Shown: in pieces, positions 44,008-54,288 of the stretch | Numbering within the stretch: the stretch's first letter is position 1 | Layout: each line of letters opens with the position of its first letter | DNA from: an uncultured Actinomycetes bacterium | GTDB lineage: Bacteria > Actinomycetota > UBA4738 > HRBIN12 | Direction of reading: 5' to 3' | Length of the DNA: 64,000 nt | NCBI GenBank assembly: GCA_963826185.1 | Contig: CAWGVY010000004.1 | Span: 283,487 to 347,486 of the forward strand | Program-made: the position numbers and the translations under genes | The notes under the pieces: model-generated | What the model saw: the letters and a program-made list of their open reading frames with translations, nothing else | Databases searched by the model: none | What the model was told of the DNA's origin: nothing

Positions 44008-45060
44008 GTGGCGACCGAGGTGACGCAGGCGTCAGCGGAGACCCGGCCGCTGCCCGATGACCGGCTGAAGGAGATGCTCTACAAGCTCAAGCTCTGCCGT
44101 TACTTCGACGAGCGCATGGAGGCTCTCTACCGACAGGGTCGTCTTCCCGGAGCGATCTACTCGGGTCGCGGGCAGGAGGGCACCCACGTCGGCGCCGTGT
44201 TCGCTCTGGAACCGCTGGACTCGCTGTTCCCGACCCATCGTGATCTGAGCGCGCAGATCACCAAGGGCCTGGAGCTGAAACGGATCATGGCCCAGTTCTG
44301 GGGACGCATCGACGGCTACCTCCGCGGACGGGACGGGAACAGCCACATCGGGGACTGGGTGGGCAACCGCACCTTCGCGGTGATCTCGCACCTGCCCATC
44401 GCCTACCCGGTGGCGATCGGAGCCGCCCTCGCCTACAAGCGGGCGGGCGACCGACGAGTGGCCCTGGCGATCTGCGGCGACGGTTCGACCTCGAACGGTC
44501 GTTGGCACGAGGCGCTGAACTGGTCCTCGGTCCATCGACTCCCCGTGGTCTGGGTCGTGAACAACAACCAGTACGCGTATTCCACGCCGAACCCCCTGGA
44601 GTTCCCCGTGCCCACGATCGCCGAGCGGGCGGTGGCCTACGGTATGCCGGGGGTCCGTGTGGACGGTGGTGACGTGCTCGAGGTGTACGAGGCCACCGTG
44701 GCGGCCGTGGAGAGGGCCCGCAACGGGGAGGGCCCCACGCTGATCGAGTCGGTGTCGCTTCGCTGGCGCGGGCACGCCGGTCACGACCCCGCGAAGTACA
44801 TGCCCGACGAGCTGCTCCAGCGCTACATGGCCGAGAAGGACCCGGTGAAGAACTTCGAGGAATGGATGCTGACCCAGGGGGTCGTCACGAAGGAAGACAT
44901 CGGGGCGATCCAGGAGCGTGTGGAACGTGAGTTCGACGAGGGATACGAGTTCGCGCAGAACTCGCCGTTCCCCGAGGCGGGGGACGTCACGAAGGGCCTG
45001 TGGGTCGAGGACGGCTACTGGACCGGCGAGCCGGGACGCGGCGGCGGGACGGAGGCGTAG
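44008..45060 (+). CDS. 2-oxo-acid dehydrogenase E1 component alpha subunit (TPP-dependent; BCKDH/PDH type)
   Basis: TPP motif GDGSTSNGRWHEALNWSSVHRLPVVWVVNNN; GTG 44008 with GAGGAG RBS. Confidence 0.85.
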   Translation: MATEVTQASAETRPLPDDRLKEMLYKLKLCRYFDERMEALYRQGRLPGAIYSGRGQEGTHVGAVFALEPLDSLFPTHRDLSAQITKGLELKRIMAQFWGRIDGYLRGRDGNSHIGDWVGNRTFAVISHLPIAYPVAIGAALAYKRAGDRRVALAICGDGSTSNGRWHEALNWSSVHRLPVVWVVNNNQYAYSTPNPLEFPVPTIAERAVAYGMPGVRVDGGDVLEVYEATVAAVERARNGEGPTLIESVSLRWRGHAGHDPAKYMPDELLQRYMAEKDPVKNFEEWMLTQGVVTKEDIGAIQERVEREFDEGYEFAQNSPFPEAGDVTKGLWVEDGYWTGEPGRGGGTEA

Positions 45061-46107
45061 ATGACGACCGTGCAGGTCGAGGCGGGAGCGGCGGGCCATG
45101 GCGCCGAGCCACGTGGCAAGCGCGGGGAGGATGGCCAGGCCACGTACCTGGTGGCGATCGCCGAGGCGCTGTGGGAGGAGATGGAGCGCGACGAGCGCGT
45201 CTACATGCTGGGCGAAGACATCGGCGTCTACGGCGGGGCGTTCAAAGTCACGGAGGGGTTCATCGAGCACTTCGGGGTGGATCGGGTGATGGATACCCCG
45301 ATCGCCGAGGAGACGATCGTGGGGTGCGCGGTCGGCTCGGCGATGGAAGGTCTGCGTCCGGTGGCCGAGTTCCAGTACGCGGACTTCATGTCGTCGGGGT
45401 TCGATGAGATCACCACCACGCTCTCCCGCTACCACTACCGCACGGGCGTCCCTCTGCCCGTGGTCCTGCGCGCGCCCAGCGGGGGCGGCGTTCGCGCATC
45501 GAACTTCCACTCCACCAACCCCGAGCCGTGGTTCGCCCACGCGCCGGGCCTCAAGGTCGTGTGCCCCGCCTTCCCCAGCGACGCGAAGGGCCTGCTGAAG
45601 TCGGCGATCCGCGATGACAATCCGGTGGTCTACCTGGAGCACAAATGGATCTACCGCCGCATCAAGGAGCAGGTGCCGGAGGACCCGGACTTCCTGATCC
45701 CGCTGGGCAAGGCCGACGTCAAGCGAGAGGGCTCGGACGTCTCCGTGATCACCTACGGAGCCATGGTGCACAAGGCGCTCGAGGCCGCCGAGAGCCTCGC
45801 CGGACGCGGCGTCTCCGCCGAGGTCGTGGACCTTCGCTCGATCGTGCCGATGGACGAGGAGACGGTGCTCGGATCCGTCGCCAAGACATCGCGGGCCCTC
45901 GTGCTGTACGAGTCGCATCGCTTCCTGGGCGTCGGGGCAGAGGTCGCCGCCATGATCGCCGAGAAAGCGTTCGAGCATCTCGATGCGCCCGTGGAGCGCC
46001 TGGCTCCGCCCAACACACCGATCCCCTTCTCACCTCCGCTCGAGGATGCGTACCTGCCGCAGGTGTCCGACATCGAGGCCGCGGTCGAGCGGCTGTCGGC
46101 CTGGTGA
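45061..46107 (+). CDS. 2-oxo-acid dehydrogenase E1 component beta subunit
   Basis: Transketolase-like pyrimidine-binding and C-terminal domains. Confidence 0.9.
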   Translation: MTTVQVEAGAAGHGAEPRGKRGEDGQATYLVAIAEALWEEMERDERVYMLGEDIGVYGGAFKVTEGFIEHFGVDRVMDTPIAEETIVGCAVGSAMEGLRPVAEFQYADFMSSGFDEITTTLSRYHYRTGVPLPVVLRAPSGGGVRASNFHSTNPEPWFAHAPGLKVVCPAFPSDAKGLLKSAIRDDNPVVYLEHKWIYRRIKEQVPEDPDFLIPLGKADVKREGSDVSVITYGAMVHKALEAAESLAGRGVSAEVVDLRSIVPMDEETVLGSVAKTSRALVLYESHRFLGVGAEVAAMIAEKAFEHLDAPVERLAPPNTPIPFSPPLEDAYLPQVSDIEAAVERLSAW

Positions 46108-46129
46108 ACCGCGAGGAGGCCATGAACCC

Positions 46130-47416
46130 GTGACGTCCATCCAGATGCCCCAGCTCGGCGAAACCATCATCGAGGGCACGATCTTGAAATGGCTCAAGGC
46201 CGAGGGCGAGATGATCGAACGCGACGAGCCGTTGTTCGAGATCTCGACCGACAAGGTCGACACGGAGGTTCCATCGCCGGTGAGCGGCGTGGTGTCGAAG
46301 ATCTTGGTCGCCGAGGGAACGACGGTGGCCGTGGGGACCGAGCTCGCTGTGGTGGACGACGGAAGCGCCGCCGGCGACGGGGCCGCAGCCCAGGACAGCG
46401 CCGCGCCGGCATCGCCGGTGCCCGCGACGGTCGTTCCGCCTCAAGGCCCGGTCGCTCCGGTCCCGGCGACGGTGGCGACCGCAGCGCCGGCGAGGGTGGC
46501 GCAAGGCGGCCCCCGATCTCAGATCCTCTCGCCGTTGGTGCGGCGGCTGGCGGCGGAGAACGACCTCGATCTCTCTCAAGTGGTGGGGACGGGGACCGGC
46601 GGACGGATCACGAAGGCCGACGTGCAGGCGGCGATCGCCGGCAGCTCGCCGGCAGCCGTCGTGCCCGCGGCCCCTGCGCCCGCGGGCGTGGCGATGCCCC
46701 CGGCGGTGGCAGGCGTGGGCGAAGAGATCGTGCCGATGACCCACATCCGCAAGGCGATCGCGGAGCACATGGTCGCATCGCTCCAGACCTCGGCTCGTGC
46801 CTGGACGATGGTCGAGGTCAACGTCGACCGCCTGGTGAAGCTCCGCGAGCGGACGAAGGACGCCTTCGCCCAGCGACACGGAGTGAAGCTCACGTACCTG
46901 CCGATGGTGACGCGAGCCACCACGGAAGCGCTGCTGTCCTTCCCCACGGTCAATGCGGAGCTGCGGGGCGACGAGCTCATCGTGCGCAAGTACGTGAACA
47001 TGGGGATCGCCGTCAGCTACGACGACGGTCTGATCGTCCCCGTGATCCGCGGGGTGGACGCCATGAACGTGCCCGGCATCGCGCGCGCCATCACCGATCT
47101 TGCAACGCGCGCACGCGCGCACCAGCTGAAGCCCGACGAGGTCACGGGCGCCACCTTCACCATCACGAACCCCGGACCGTACGGGTCGCTCCTGAGCGTT
47201 CCGATCATCAATCAGCCGAACGCCGGGATCCTGTCGCTGGACACGATCCAGAAGCGGCCCGTCGTGGTGGACGACGCCATCGCGATCCGCTCGATGGTCT
47301 ACATCTCCATGTCGTGGGACCACCGGGTGCTCGACGGCGAGACGGCCACGCGCTTCCTCGCACAGATCAAGCAGAACCTGGAGACCTGGGACTTCGCCGA
47401 GGACCTCGGGGTCTAG
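46130..47416 (+). CDS. dihydrolipoamide acyltransferase E2 (lipoyl domain + PSBD + catalytic domain)
   Basis: Lipoyl-Lys motif EISTDKVDTEVPSP, Ala/Pro linkers, catalytic DHRVLDG; GTG 46130 with GAGGAGG 10 nt upstream. Confidence 0.85.
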   Translation: MTSIQMPQLGETIIEGTILKWLKAEGEMIERDEPLFEISTDKVDTEVPSPVSGVVSKILVAEGTTVAVGTELAVVDDGSAAGDGAAAQDSAAPASPVPATVVPPQGPVAPVPATVATAAPARVAQGGPRSQILSPLVRRLAAENDLDLSQVVGTGTGGRITKADVQAAIAGSSPAAVVPAAPAPAGVAMPPAVAGVGEEIVPMTHIRKAIAEHMVASLQTSARAWTMVEVNVDRLVKLRERTKDAFAQRHGVKLTYLPMVTRATTEALLSFPTVNAELRGDELIVRKYVNMGIAVSYDDGLIVPVIRGVDAMNVPGIARAITDLATRARAHQLKPDEVTGATFTITNPGPYGSLLSVPIINQPNAGILSLDTIQKRPVVVDDAIAIRSMVYISMSWDHRVLDGETATRFLAQIKQNLETWDFAEDLGV

Positions 47417-47421
47417 GTCAC

Positions 47422-48132
47422 GTGCGTCCCCGGAGCTGGTTGATCGAGCCAGAGGGGCTGGTGCCCTACGACGCCGCGAACCGCGCGATGCATACGCTGG
47501 CCCGCGATCGACTCGACGGCCGGACGCCCGACGCCGTGATCCTCCTGCAGCATCCCCCGGTCTTCACCGCGGGTCGCCGCGCGAAGCCCGAGCACCTGGT
47601 GTGGTCGGAGGACGAGACCTACGCACGTGGTGCCGAGGTGCGTCACATCGACCGCGGAGGCTCGTTCACGTTCCACGGTCCGGGGCAGCTGGTCGGCTAT
47701 CCGATCCTCGACCTCGGGCGGAGACCTGATGCCGCGAGGTACCTCCGGCGGTTGGAGGAGGTCGTGATCCGGAGCGCGGCGGAGATCGGCGTCGCGCTGC
47801 AGCGGCGTGACGACGTCCAGACGGGCGTCTTCCATGGCGACGACAAGGTCTGCGCGATCGGGGTGCGGCTGATGCGCACGCGCGTCACGCTCCACGGGTT
47901 CGCGATCAACTGCGAAACCGACCTGTCGTGGTTCGGTGGGATCGTGGCGTGCGGCCTCGCCGACAACGGCGTCACATCGCTCAGCGCGCTCACGGGGCGG
48001 ACCGTGTCCGTGGGCGAGATGCGCCCGATCGTGCGCCGCCACCTCGCCGAGGTGTTCCACCTCTCGCTGGAGCCGGCGCCCGGTCTCGTCACCCGAACCT
48101 TCAAGGCACCGCAGCCTGCCGCGACCGCCTGA
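47422..48132 (+). CDS. lipB: lipoyl(octanoyl) transferase
   Basis: LipB motifs (FTAGRRAK, RGGSFTFHGPGQLVGYPILDL, KVCAIGVRL); GTG 47422. Confidence 0.8.
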   Translation: MRPRSWLIEPEGLVPYDAANRAMHTLARDRLDGRTPDAVILLQHPPVFTAGRRAKPEHLVWSEDETYARGAEVRHIDRGGSFTFHGPGQLVGYPILDLGRRPDAARYLRRLEEVVIRSAAEIGVALQRRDDVQTGVFHGDDKVCAIGVRLMRTRVTLHGFAINCETDLSWFGGIVACGLADNGVTSLSALTGRTVSVGEMRPIVRRHLAEVFHLSLEPAPGLVTRTFKAPQPAATA

Positions 48133-48134
48133 GC

Positions 48135-48908
48135 TCAGGCCTCCGCCACGATCGCGTACCTGGGGTGACGCTCGAGTGCGCCGAGCGGCCAGGGCTCGCG
48201 CCGTTCGATCGCCCACTCCACATCGCGGAGCCGATGGATGCGCGCAGCACGCCAGCCTGAACGCTCCACCGCTCGCAGGAACGGGGCCGGTGAGGTCGTC
48301 GCCCGGAGCGGCAGCGCCTCCAGCACCTCCTTCGGGTACGCCCCATGATGATCGTGAGGGATCCCCCTTGCCTTCCGCACCAGATCGGCGGTGGCCCGCC
48401 TCACGCGGCCCGCCGGACCTTCATCGCCCCAGGAACCCTCCAACAGAACGAGCCTACCGCCGGGGCGGGTGACGCGTCGCCAGGCCGCGAGCGCCAGCTC
48501 GGGATCCGGGATCGTCCACAGCACGTGGCGCTCCATCACCGCGTCGAAGGGCCCCTGCGGCGGATCTTCCGCCGGGCCCACCCGGAAGTCGATCTCGAGA
48601 CCCCGTTGGGCGGCTTTGGCGCGGGCCCGGCTCAGCATGCCTTCGGAGAGGTCCACGGCCGTCACCGCGTACCCGGACCCGGCGGCGATCAGCGACAGGG
48701 CTCCGGTACCCGCCCCGACGTCGAGCACCGCCGAGGGTGGATCCGGCAACGATCGCTGCAGCGCCGCCGTCCAGGCAGCCGCCTCAACCGGGTCGGACAT
48801 CGCGTGGCCGGCCGACGCGTCGTAGCTGGAGGCGTCGGCGTCCCACCATTCCCGGATGCGATCGTGCTGGTCGGCGATGGACCTCAGGGTCTCACAGGGC
48901 CGGATCAG
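48135..48908 (-). CDS. class I SAM-dependent methyltransferase (start codon unresolved)
   Basis: Motif I VLDVGAGTGALS, post-I D, motif II; conserved N-terminal WWDADASSYDAS region lies upstream of first ATG with no canonical in-frame start after the neighbouring stop (48905-48907). Confidence 0.55.
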   Translation of the reverse strand: MIRPCETLRSIADQHDRIREWWDADASSYDASAGHAMSDPVEAAAWTAALQRSLPDPPSAVLDVGAGTGALSLIAAGSGYAVTAVDLSEGMLSRARAKAAQRGLEIDFRVGPAEDPPQGPFDAVMERHVLWTIPDPELALAAWRRVTRPGGRLVLLEGSWGDEGPAGRVRRATADLVRKARGIPHDHHGAYPKEVLEALPLRATTSPAPFLRAVERSGWRAARIHRLRDVEWAIERREPWPLGALERHPRYAIVAEA

Positions 48909-50461
48909 TGGGCGCCGCGGCGCGTCACCAGCGTGGGGATGGTCTTGACGAGGATGAACAGGTCGTAGGAGAGCGACCAGTTCTCGATGTAGAACAGGTC
49001 CAGCCGAACGTAGTCGTCGAACGACAGCTCGCTGCGCCCGCTGACCTGCCACAGGCCCGTGAGGCCCGGGCGAACCTCCAACCGCGCCATCTGCCAGTCT
49101 GCGTACTGCACGACTTCACGCGACAGCGGAGGGCGCGGACCCACCAGGCTCATGTGGCCTCGCAGCACGTTGACCAGTTGCGGCAGCTCGTCCAGGCTCC
49201 ACTTCCGCAGGAGGCGTCCGACACTGGTCACGCGAGGGTCGGCCTTCATCTTGAACAGCGGACCCGAAGCTTCGTTCAGGTCCAGGAGCCCATCCAGCTG
49301 GTCCTCGGCGTCGGCCACCATGGTGCGGAACTTCAGGATCTTGAACGGGCGTCCGTGATAGCCGACCCGCTCTTGGGTGAAGAACACGGGCCCGGCCGAC
49401 GTGCACTTGACGGCCACGGCGATCATCGCGAAGACCGGGATAAGGAGCAACGACGCTACGCTGGTCACGACGAGATCGAAGGTGCGCTTCGCGAGCGCTT
49501 GGAGGCCAGACAGCCGCACCGGCTTCAGCGCGAACGCCATCAGACCACCCAGCGGTTGGGCCGCCACGCGGCTCGAGAGGATCTCCTGGACGTTCGCCGT
49601 CACCCGGACCTCCACCCCCTGTCGACGGGCGGCCTTCGAGACCTGGGCCATGTGCTCAGGACGGATCGCGCTGGAGGCCACGAAGATGCAGTCCGCCTCG
49701 TTGTTGACGATCAGCTCCTCCAGATCGTCGATGTGGCCGAGCATGGGGATGTCGGTGGTCGGACGGCCCCACGCGTCGGCGCAGACGTACCCCACGGGGA
49801 CGAACCCCAGGTCGGGCTGCCGCATCTCGATCGCCACCCGGCCGGCCTCGTCGTTGGCTCCCACGATCAGCGTGCGCAGGGAGAGCCGGCCATGCTCGCG
49901 GGCCTCGCGCAACGCTCGCCGCCACAGGTATCGGGTGGTCAGCACGAGGAACAGGGCCATGACCCACGACAGACCGATCCACATCCGCGAGAACGACGCC
50001 TTCGTCCAGTACGAGAGCGTCACCGCGGAGGTGATGATCATCGTGACGGCCAGCAGCAGACGGCGGAACTCTTCGGCCGCGGGCATCCGTGGGATCGCGT
50101 AGAGCCGGAACGCCAGGAACACCCCCACCACGAGCAGCGGTGTCACGGTCAGCAGCATCCGAACGTCCACGGGGGTGGCTCCGGCCACGCGGTCGTGAGC
50201 CAGTGAGGCCAGCAGGAAGGCCAGCACCACCGCGAGCACGTCGGAGATCCCCATCAGCCAGCCGACGCGGTGATAGGCACGGAGTCCGCGGGACGCGCGA
50301 TCGTGCGACGCCGCTGCCAGCTCCTCCGGGACGGAGGTCAGGTTCGGCCGCAGGATGCGGGCGAAGCGAACCGAGTGGTCGATGGGCTCCGGTGCCGAGA
50401 ACACGTCCATGCCCTCGAAGCCATCCGGCCCCAGGGTGTGGGGAACTACCGGTTCGCTCAA
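48905..50461 (-). CDS. polyprenyl-phosphate glycosylphosphotransferase (WbaP/CpsE-type bacterial sugar transferase)
   Basis: Multi-TM N-terminus plus C-terminal Bac_transf domain (PVFFTQERVG...KILKFRTM...SLVGPRP). Confidence 0.8.
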   Translation of the reverse strand: MSEPVVPHTLGPDGFEGMDVFSAPEPIDHSVRFARILRPNLTSVPEELAAASHDRASRGLRAYHRVGWLMGISDVLAVVLAFLLASLAHDRVAGATPVDVRMLLTVTPLLVVGVFLAFRLYAIPRMPAAEEFRRLLLAVTMIITSAVTLSYWTKASFSRMWIGLSWVMALFLVLTTRYLWRRALREAREHGRLSLRTLIVGANDEAGRVAIEMRQPDLGFVPVGYVCADAWGRPTTDIPMLGHIDDLEELIVNNEADCIFVASSAIRPEHMAQVSKAARRQGVEVRVTANVQEILSSRVAAQPLGGLMAFALKPVRLSGLQALAKRTFDLVVTSVASLLLIPVFAMIAVAVKCTSAGPVFFTQERVGYHGRPFKILKFRTMVADAEDQLDGLLDLNEASGPLFKMKADPRVTSVGRLLRKWSLDELPQLVNVLRGHMSLVGPRPPLSREVVQYADWQMARLEVRPGLTGLWQVSGRSELSFDDYVRLDLFYIENWSLSYDLFILVKTIPTLVTRRGAH

Positions 50462-50572
50462 CGGATATCCACTCCCGATCCCATCGGCGTGGGCTGTGGA
50501 GCCGTGAGTCTAGTGAGGGTGGGGGATGGCTCGAATCCGCCGAAAGGCTGAATCGGATGGGCCGAAGGGTCC

Positions 50573-50725
50573 CTACGACCGACGACGGAATGTGTGCTCG
50601 CGTCCGTCGCCGTGCGACAGGCGGTAGCGGCTGGCCTTCAGCAGGGCCATCTCGACGCACCACCAGATCACCGCCACCGAGGCGGCGATGCCCGCGACCA
50701 CCGCAAGGATCCGGAGCGCTCTCAT
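50573..50725 (-). CDS. possible small single-TM membrane protein (50 aa)
   Basis: ATG 50725 after GGAAGGA; hydrophobic MRALRILAVVAGIAASVAVIWWCV; weak. Confidence 0.2.
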   Translation of the reverse strand: MRALRILAVVAGIAASVAVIWWCVEMALLKASRYRLSHGDGREHTFRRRS

Positions 50726-50834
50726 CCCGTCCTTCCATCTAGGGGGCCCATCCTGCGGCGGCCATCCGTTGTCTTCCGCCCAGGAGCGCGCACAGACGTT
50801 CGGTGTGGGGGAGCGTACCCCTCGGCCAGGGTGG

Positions 50835-51842
50835 TCACGGACCGGTTTCCTCCCACCGGTCGGGGACGTAGCCGTATCGTCGGAGCAGTGGCCACGTCGC
50901 GGCGGTGACCAGACGCCGGGCCGAGGCCGGCATGTCATCGCGCCACGCCTCGTCGACCCGGAAAGGCAGGGATCCCACCTTGAAGCGCATCGGGTTGCCC
51001 GCGGCCGTGTGGTTCGCGGCGAGGTCGATCTGCGCGTCCGTGACGAAGGAGAGGTCCTTCGGCCCGAGCCCCACCCCGGTCAGCTCAGCCACGCGCTTCA
51101 GCTCGCGGCGAGGCTCACGGACGAAGGTCTCATAACGCACCCGCAGGTACGGGATCCGCGCGCCGAGCAGTTCGAACACCACGTTCGCCGCGTCCCACCG
51201 GGCGGCAGCCTGCGCGGGCGAGTAGGTCGGCATCATGGCCGCCCCCGAGGTGACCTCCGGGCGCTCCACCTGCTTCGCCGAAGAGAAAGCCACCCCTCGG
51301 GCATCGCGCACCAGATGCACGATCCGCAGGTCCAGATCGCGCATCCGCCGTAACATCAGCCCGTGCGGCGGCGACATCGACGAGTCGATCACCACCCGGG
51401 CACCCGATACCTCGCCGATGGCACGGAACGCCCGCCCCACGTAGTCGCCGTAGCGGTCCAGTCGCGATCGGAACGCCCGGGACGGGAGCATGAGGGACCC
51501 CATCGCCCCCACACGGTCGACGGATGCCTGCAAGGCCAGGACCTCTCCAAGGTCGATACGGTCCCATCCACCGAAGGCGGCGGCGCCCACCGCGGTCCAG
51601 AACGGACACTCCCGCAGAGGGAGCCCACACCCGCAACGCTGGTTCTCAACGAGCCCCCGGTCCCAGAGATATCGGACCTCTCCGGCGGAACAGAACCCCG
51701 GGATCTGGCCGAGCGCGCGGTCCAGCAGGGTGCTCCCGCTCCTGGCCTGTCCTCCCAGATACAGGACCGTGACGGGACCCGCGGGTGCCGGTCGCTCCAG
51801 GCCCCGCTCGGCGGCTGAGCGGTCCGCTCCATCGATCGGCAT
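50835..51842 (-). CDS. sulfotransferase-family protein
   Basis: P-loop-like PAPS 5'-phosphosulfate-binding motif YLGGQARSGSTLL near N-terminus; ~336 aa from ATG 51842 (ORF extends to 52325). Confidence 0.5.
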   Translation of the reverse strand: MPIDGADRSAAERGLERPAPAGPVTVLYLGGQARSGSTLLDRALGQIPGFCSAGEVRYLWDRGLVENQRCGCGLPLRECPFWTAVGAAAFGGWDRIDLGEVLALQASVDRVGAMGSLMLPSRAFRSRLDRYGDYVGRAFRAIGEVSGARVVIDSSMSPPHGLMLRRMRDLDLRIVHLVRDARGVAFSSAKQVERPEVTSGAAMMPTYSPAQAAARWDAANVVFELLGARIPYLRVRYETFVREPRRELKRVAELTGVGLGPKDLSFVTDAQIDLAANHTAAGNPMRFKVGSLPFRVDEAWRDDMPASARRLVTAATWPLLRRYGYVPDRWEETGP

Positions 51843-51968
51843 GGCAGCGTTGAAGCCTAACGGAAAGGGACCCTTCGCTCCCCCGTCGGTCGACCCATGA
51901 TCGACGCCGAATGACCTAAGAAGGGGGCGGCCGGATGGTGGTACTGAGCGCGCGAGCCGGGTGATAGC

Positions 51969-53275
51969 GTGACCCGACACCCGAGCGAGCAAGGATCCGA
52001 TCCAACGATGAGGCCCCGCGCTGTAGGAACATCGGCCGAGAGGCCGTCCGATCTCGCGTGGGTGGGCAACCTCCTCCTCGGCCGAGCGTTGGATGCCGAC
52101 GTGAGCATCGGCCCCACGGTGCCGTCGGGGTTCCGCGAGGTCCTCACCTTCGGCGCGCTCCCCAACGCGGCGCATCCCTATCTGCTGGTCCCGCTCGACT
52201 CCCGCCGTGCGACCGGTGGCGCGGTCCACAACGTCGGGAACCCATTGAAGCGGACGGTCCGGGTCGCGGAATCCGCCCTGTCGATCGGCCTCGCTCTGGG
52301 GTTGGCACCGATGATCGTCAAGCAACGCGTGTCCGTGAGCGTGCCCGCCGCGGAACCAGCTGCCATGACGGTCCCTGGGTTGCTCGCTGAGCGCCTGGAT
52401 CGGCCGGACCTCGCGACCGCCGTGATCCTGGGACGCGATCGCCCGAACCGGAAGCCGGTCCTGAAGCTGCTCACGCCTCAGGGTCGCAACGTGGCCTTCG
52501 TGAAGGTCGGCTGGAACGCCCTGTCCCGTGAGCTCGTGAAGGGGGAGGAGACGATCCTGAAGGCCATGGAGCGCCTCTCCGTCCTCCCCGGACGTTCCAG
52601 GTCCCTCGCGTGATCGGTTCGGCGGCGCTCGAGCACGTGGACCTGATGCTGGTCACCCCGGTTCCGCAACCGGGCATGCTCCGGGGGGGTCCGCCGCTTC
52701 AGATCCCGCTCGACGCGACCCGTGAGGTTGCGACGATGTACGGCACCGACACCGCTTCGCTCACCGAGCATCCGTACTGGCAGGAGCTGGTCGCCCGGGT
52801 CGAGGCCGCGGCTGCCGATGCGATGAACCCCGACCGCCAGGCTCAGGTGGCGGCCCTGGGATGGATCGAGGAGGACATGGGTGATCGTCGCGTGGTGTTC
52901 GGGAGCTGGCACGGCGATTGGACCCCCTGGAACATGGCTAGCGCACAGGGTCTGCTGTACGTGTGGGATTGGGAGCGGGCACGCCGGGACGTGCCGGTGG
53001 GGATCGACCTCATGCACTTCGATTTCGATGTCCGCGTCAAGATCCGTCACCAGGAGCCTGGACCGGCCGCGGAGGAAGGCGTGATGGCGCAGGCGCCGAA
53101 CCTGGAGCAGCTCGGCCTCCCGTCCGGTTCGGCACGGCTCGCGATGGCCATCCACCTGCTGGAGATGAGCCTTCGCTTCCATCAGGCGCGAGCTTCGGGA
53201 CTGGCGCTGGACGATCCCATCTACGCACCGGCGTTGCAGAACCTGATGCCGCGGGCCGCCGACGTTTCGCGGTGA
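51969..53275 (+). pseudogene. protein-kinase-fold phosphotransferase (APH/choline-kinase-like), N- and C-lobes in different frames
   Basis: N-lobe (VAFVKV ... KGEE) in 51969-52613; catalytic HGDW..N and DWE motifs in 52610-53275 (frame -1); junction GCGTGATCGG could also be a GTGA-coupled second start. Confidence 0.45.
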
Positions 53276-54114
53276 TGCGGAGCACCGCGAAACGCCTCGC
53301 CGAGGCCTACCTCGAAGGCACCAGCGCGCTGCGGATGCGTCCCGACTTCTTGATCATCGGCGCGCAGCGGGGAGGCACCACCTCGCTCTATCGCTATCTG
53401 GCCGCCCACCCGTGTGTCGCGCCCACGCTCGTCTCGAAGGGCGTCCACTATTTCGACGTCGGCCACGACCGGTCGGAGGGCTGGTACCGGGGGCATTTCC
53501 CCCCCACCGCCTACCGCTCCTGGCGCACGGCTATCGGCCACGGCCCACTGATCACCGGCGAGGCGAGCCCGTACTACCTGTTCCACCCGCTGGTACCGCA
53601 ACGGGTGGCCGCGGCCCTCCCGGAGGTGCGGCTCATCGTGATGCTCCGCGACCCGGTGCGCCGGGCCTACTCGCACTACCAACACGAGGTCGAGGGCGGA
53701 TACGAGGATCTCCCCACGTTCGAGGCCGCGATCGAAACCGAACCAGAGCGCCTGGCGGGAGAGGTGGAGCGCATCGAGGCCGATCCGACGTACGTGAGCT
53801 TCGCGCACCAGCACCATTCCTACCTTGCACGTGGTCGCTACCCCGAGCAGTTGCGACGGTGGTTGGCATCGTTCCCCCGCGATCGCTTCCTGATCATGAC
53901 CAGCGAGGACTTCTACCGGGACACGCCGAGCGCTTTCGAGAGGGTGCAGGACTTCCTGGGCCTCCCACGACATCCGGTCGAGGTCTCGAAGACGTACAAC
54001 GCCCACACGTACGAACCGATGTCGCCCGGGACCGGGGACCGCCTCCGTGCGCACTTCCACGACGACGATCGAGCGTGTTCTGAGCTGATCGGCCACGATC
54101 CGGGATGGGACTGA
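53275..54114 (+). CDS. sulfotransferase (PAPS-dependent, heparan-sulfate-ST-like fold)
   Basis: 5'-PSB motif PDFLIIGAQRGGTTSL and 3'-PB region [14 protein letters not shown]; ATG 53275 overlaps upstream stop. Confidence 0.65.
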   Translation: MRSTAKRLAEAYLEGTSALRMRPDFLIIGAQRGGTTSLYRYLAAHPCVAPTLVSKGVHYFDVGHDRSEGWYRGHFPPTAYRSWRTAIGHGPLITGEASPYYLFHPLVPQRVAAALPEVRLIVMLRDPVRRAYSHYQHEVEGGYEDLPTFEAAIETEPERLAGEVERIEADPTYVSFAHQHHSYLARGRYPEQLRRWLASFPRDRFLIMTSEDFYRDTPSAFERVQDFLGLPRHPVEVSKTYNAHTYEPMSPGTGDRLRAHFHDDDRACSELIGHDPGWD

Positions 54115-54288
54115 GGTATCATCTTGCGGTCCGAGAACCGCTTCGCCTCAGGCGTTCTCGGTAATCCATTCGGCTTACGCCGTACGGCGTATCCCGATGG
54201 TAGTATGCGGTTTCCCCCAACAAGCCGTATGTCTCTTCGTGCTGCATTCCGATAGTCGAGGCTTAAGGCGATGAAGGAGGTCGGTTCT

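Noticed and set aside
44032-45978. 648-aa minus-strand ORF opposite the E1alpha/E1beta genes, and 16069-17814 plus-strand ORF opposite the secreted propeller gene
   Set aside because: High-GC antisense artefacts. The opposite-strand proteins have unmistakable conserved motifs.
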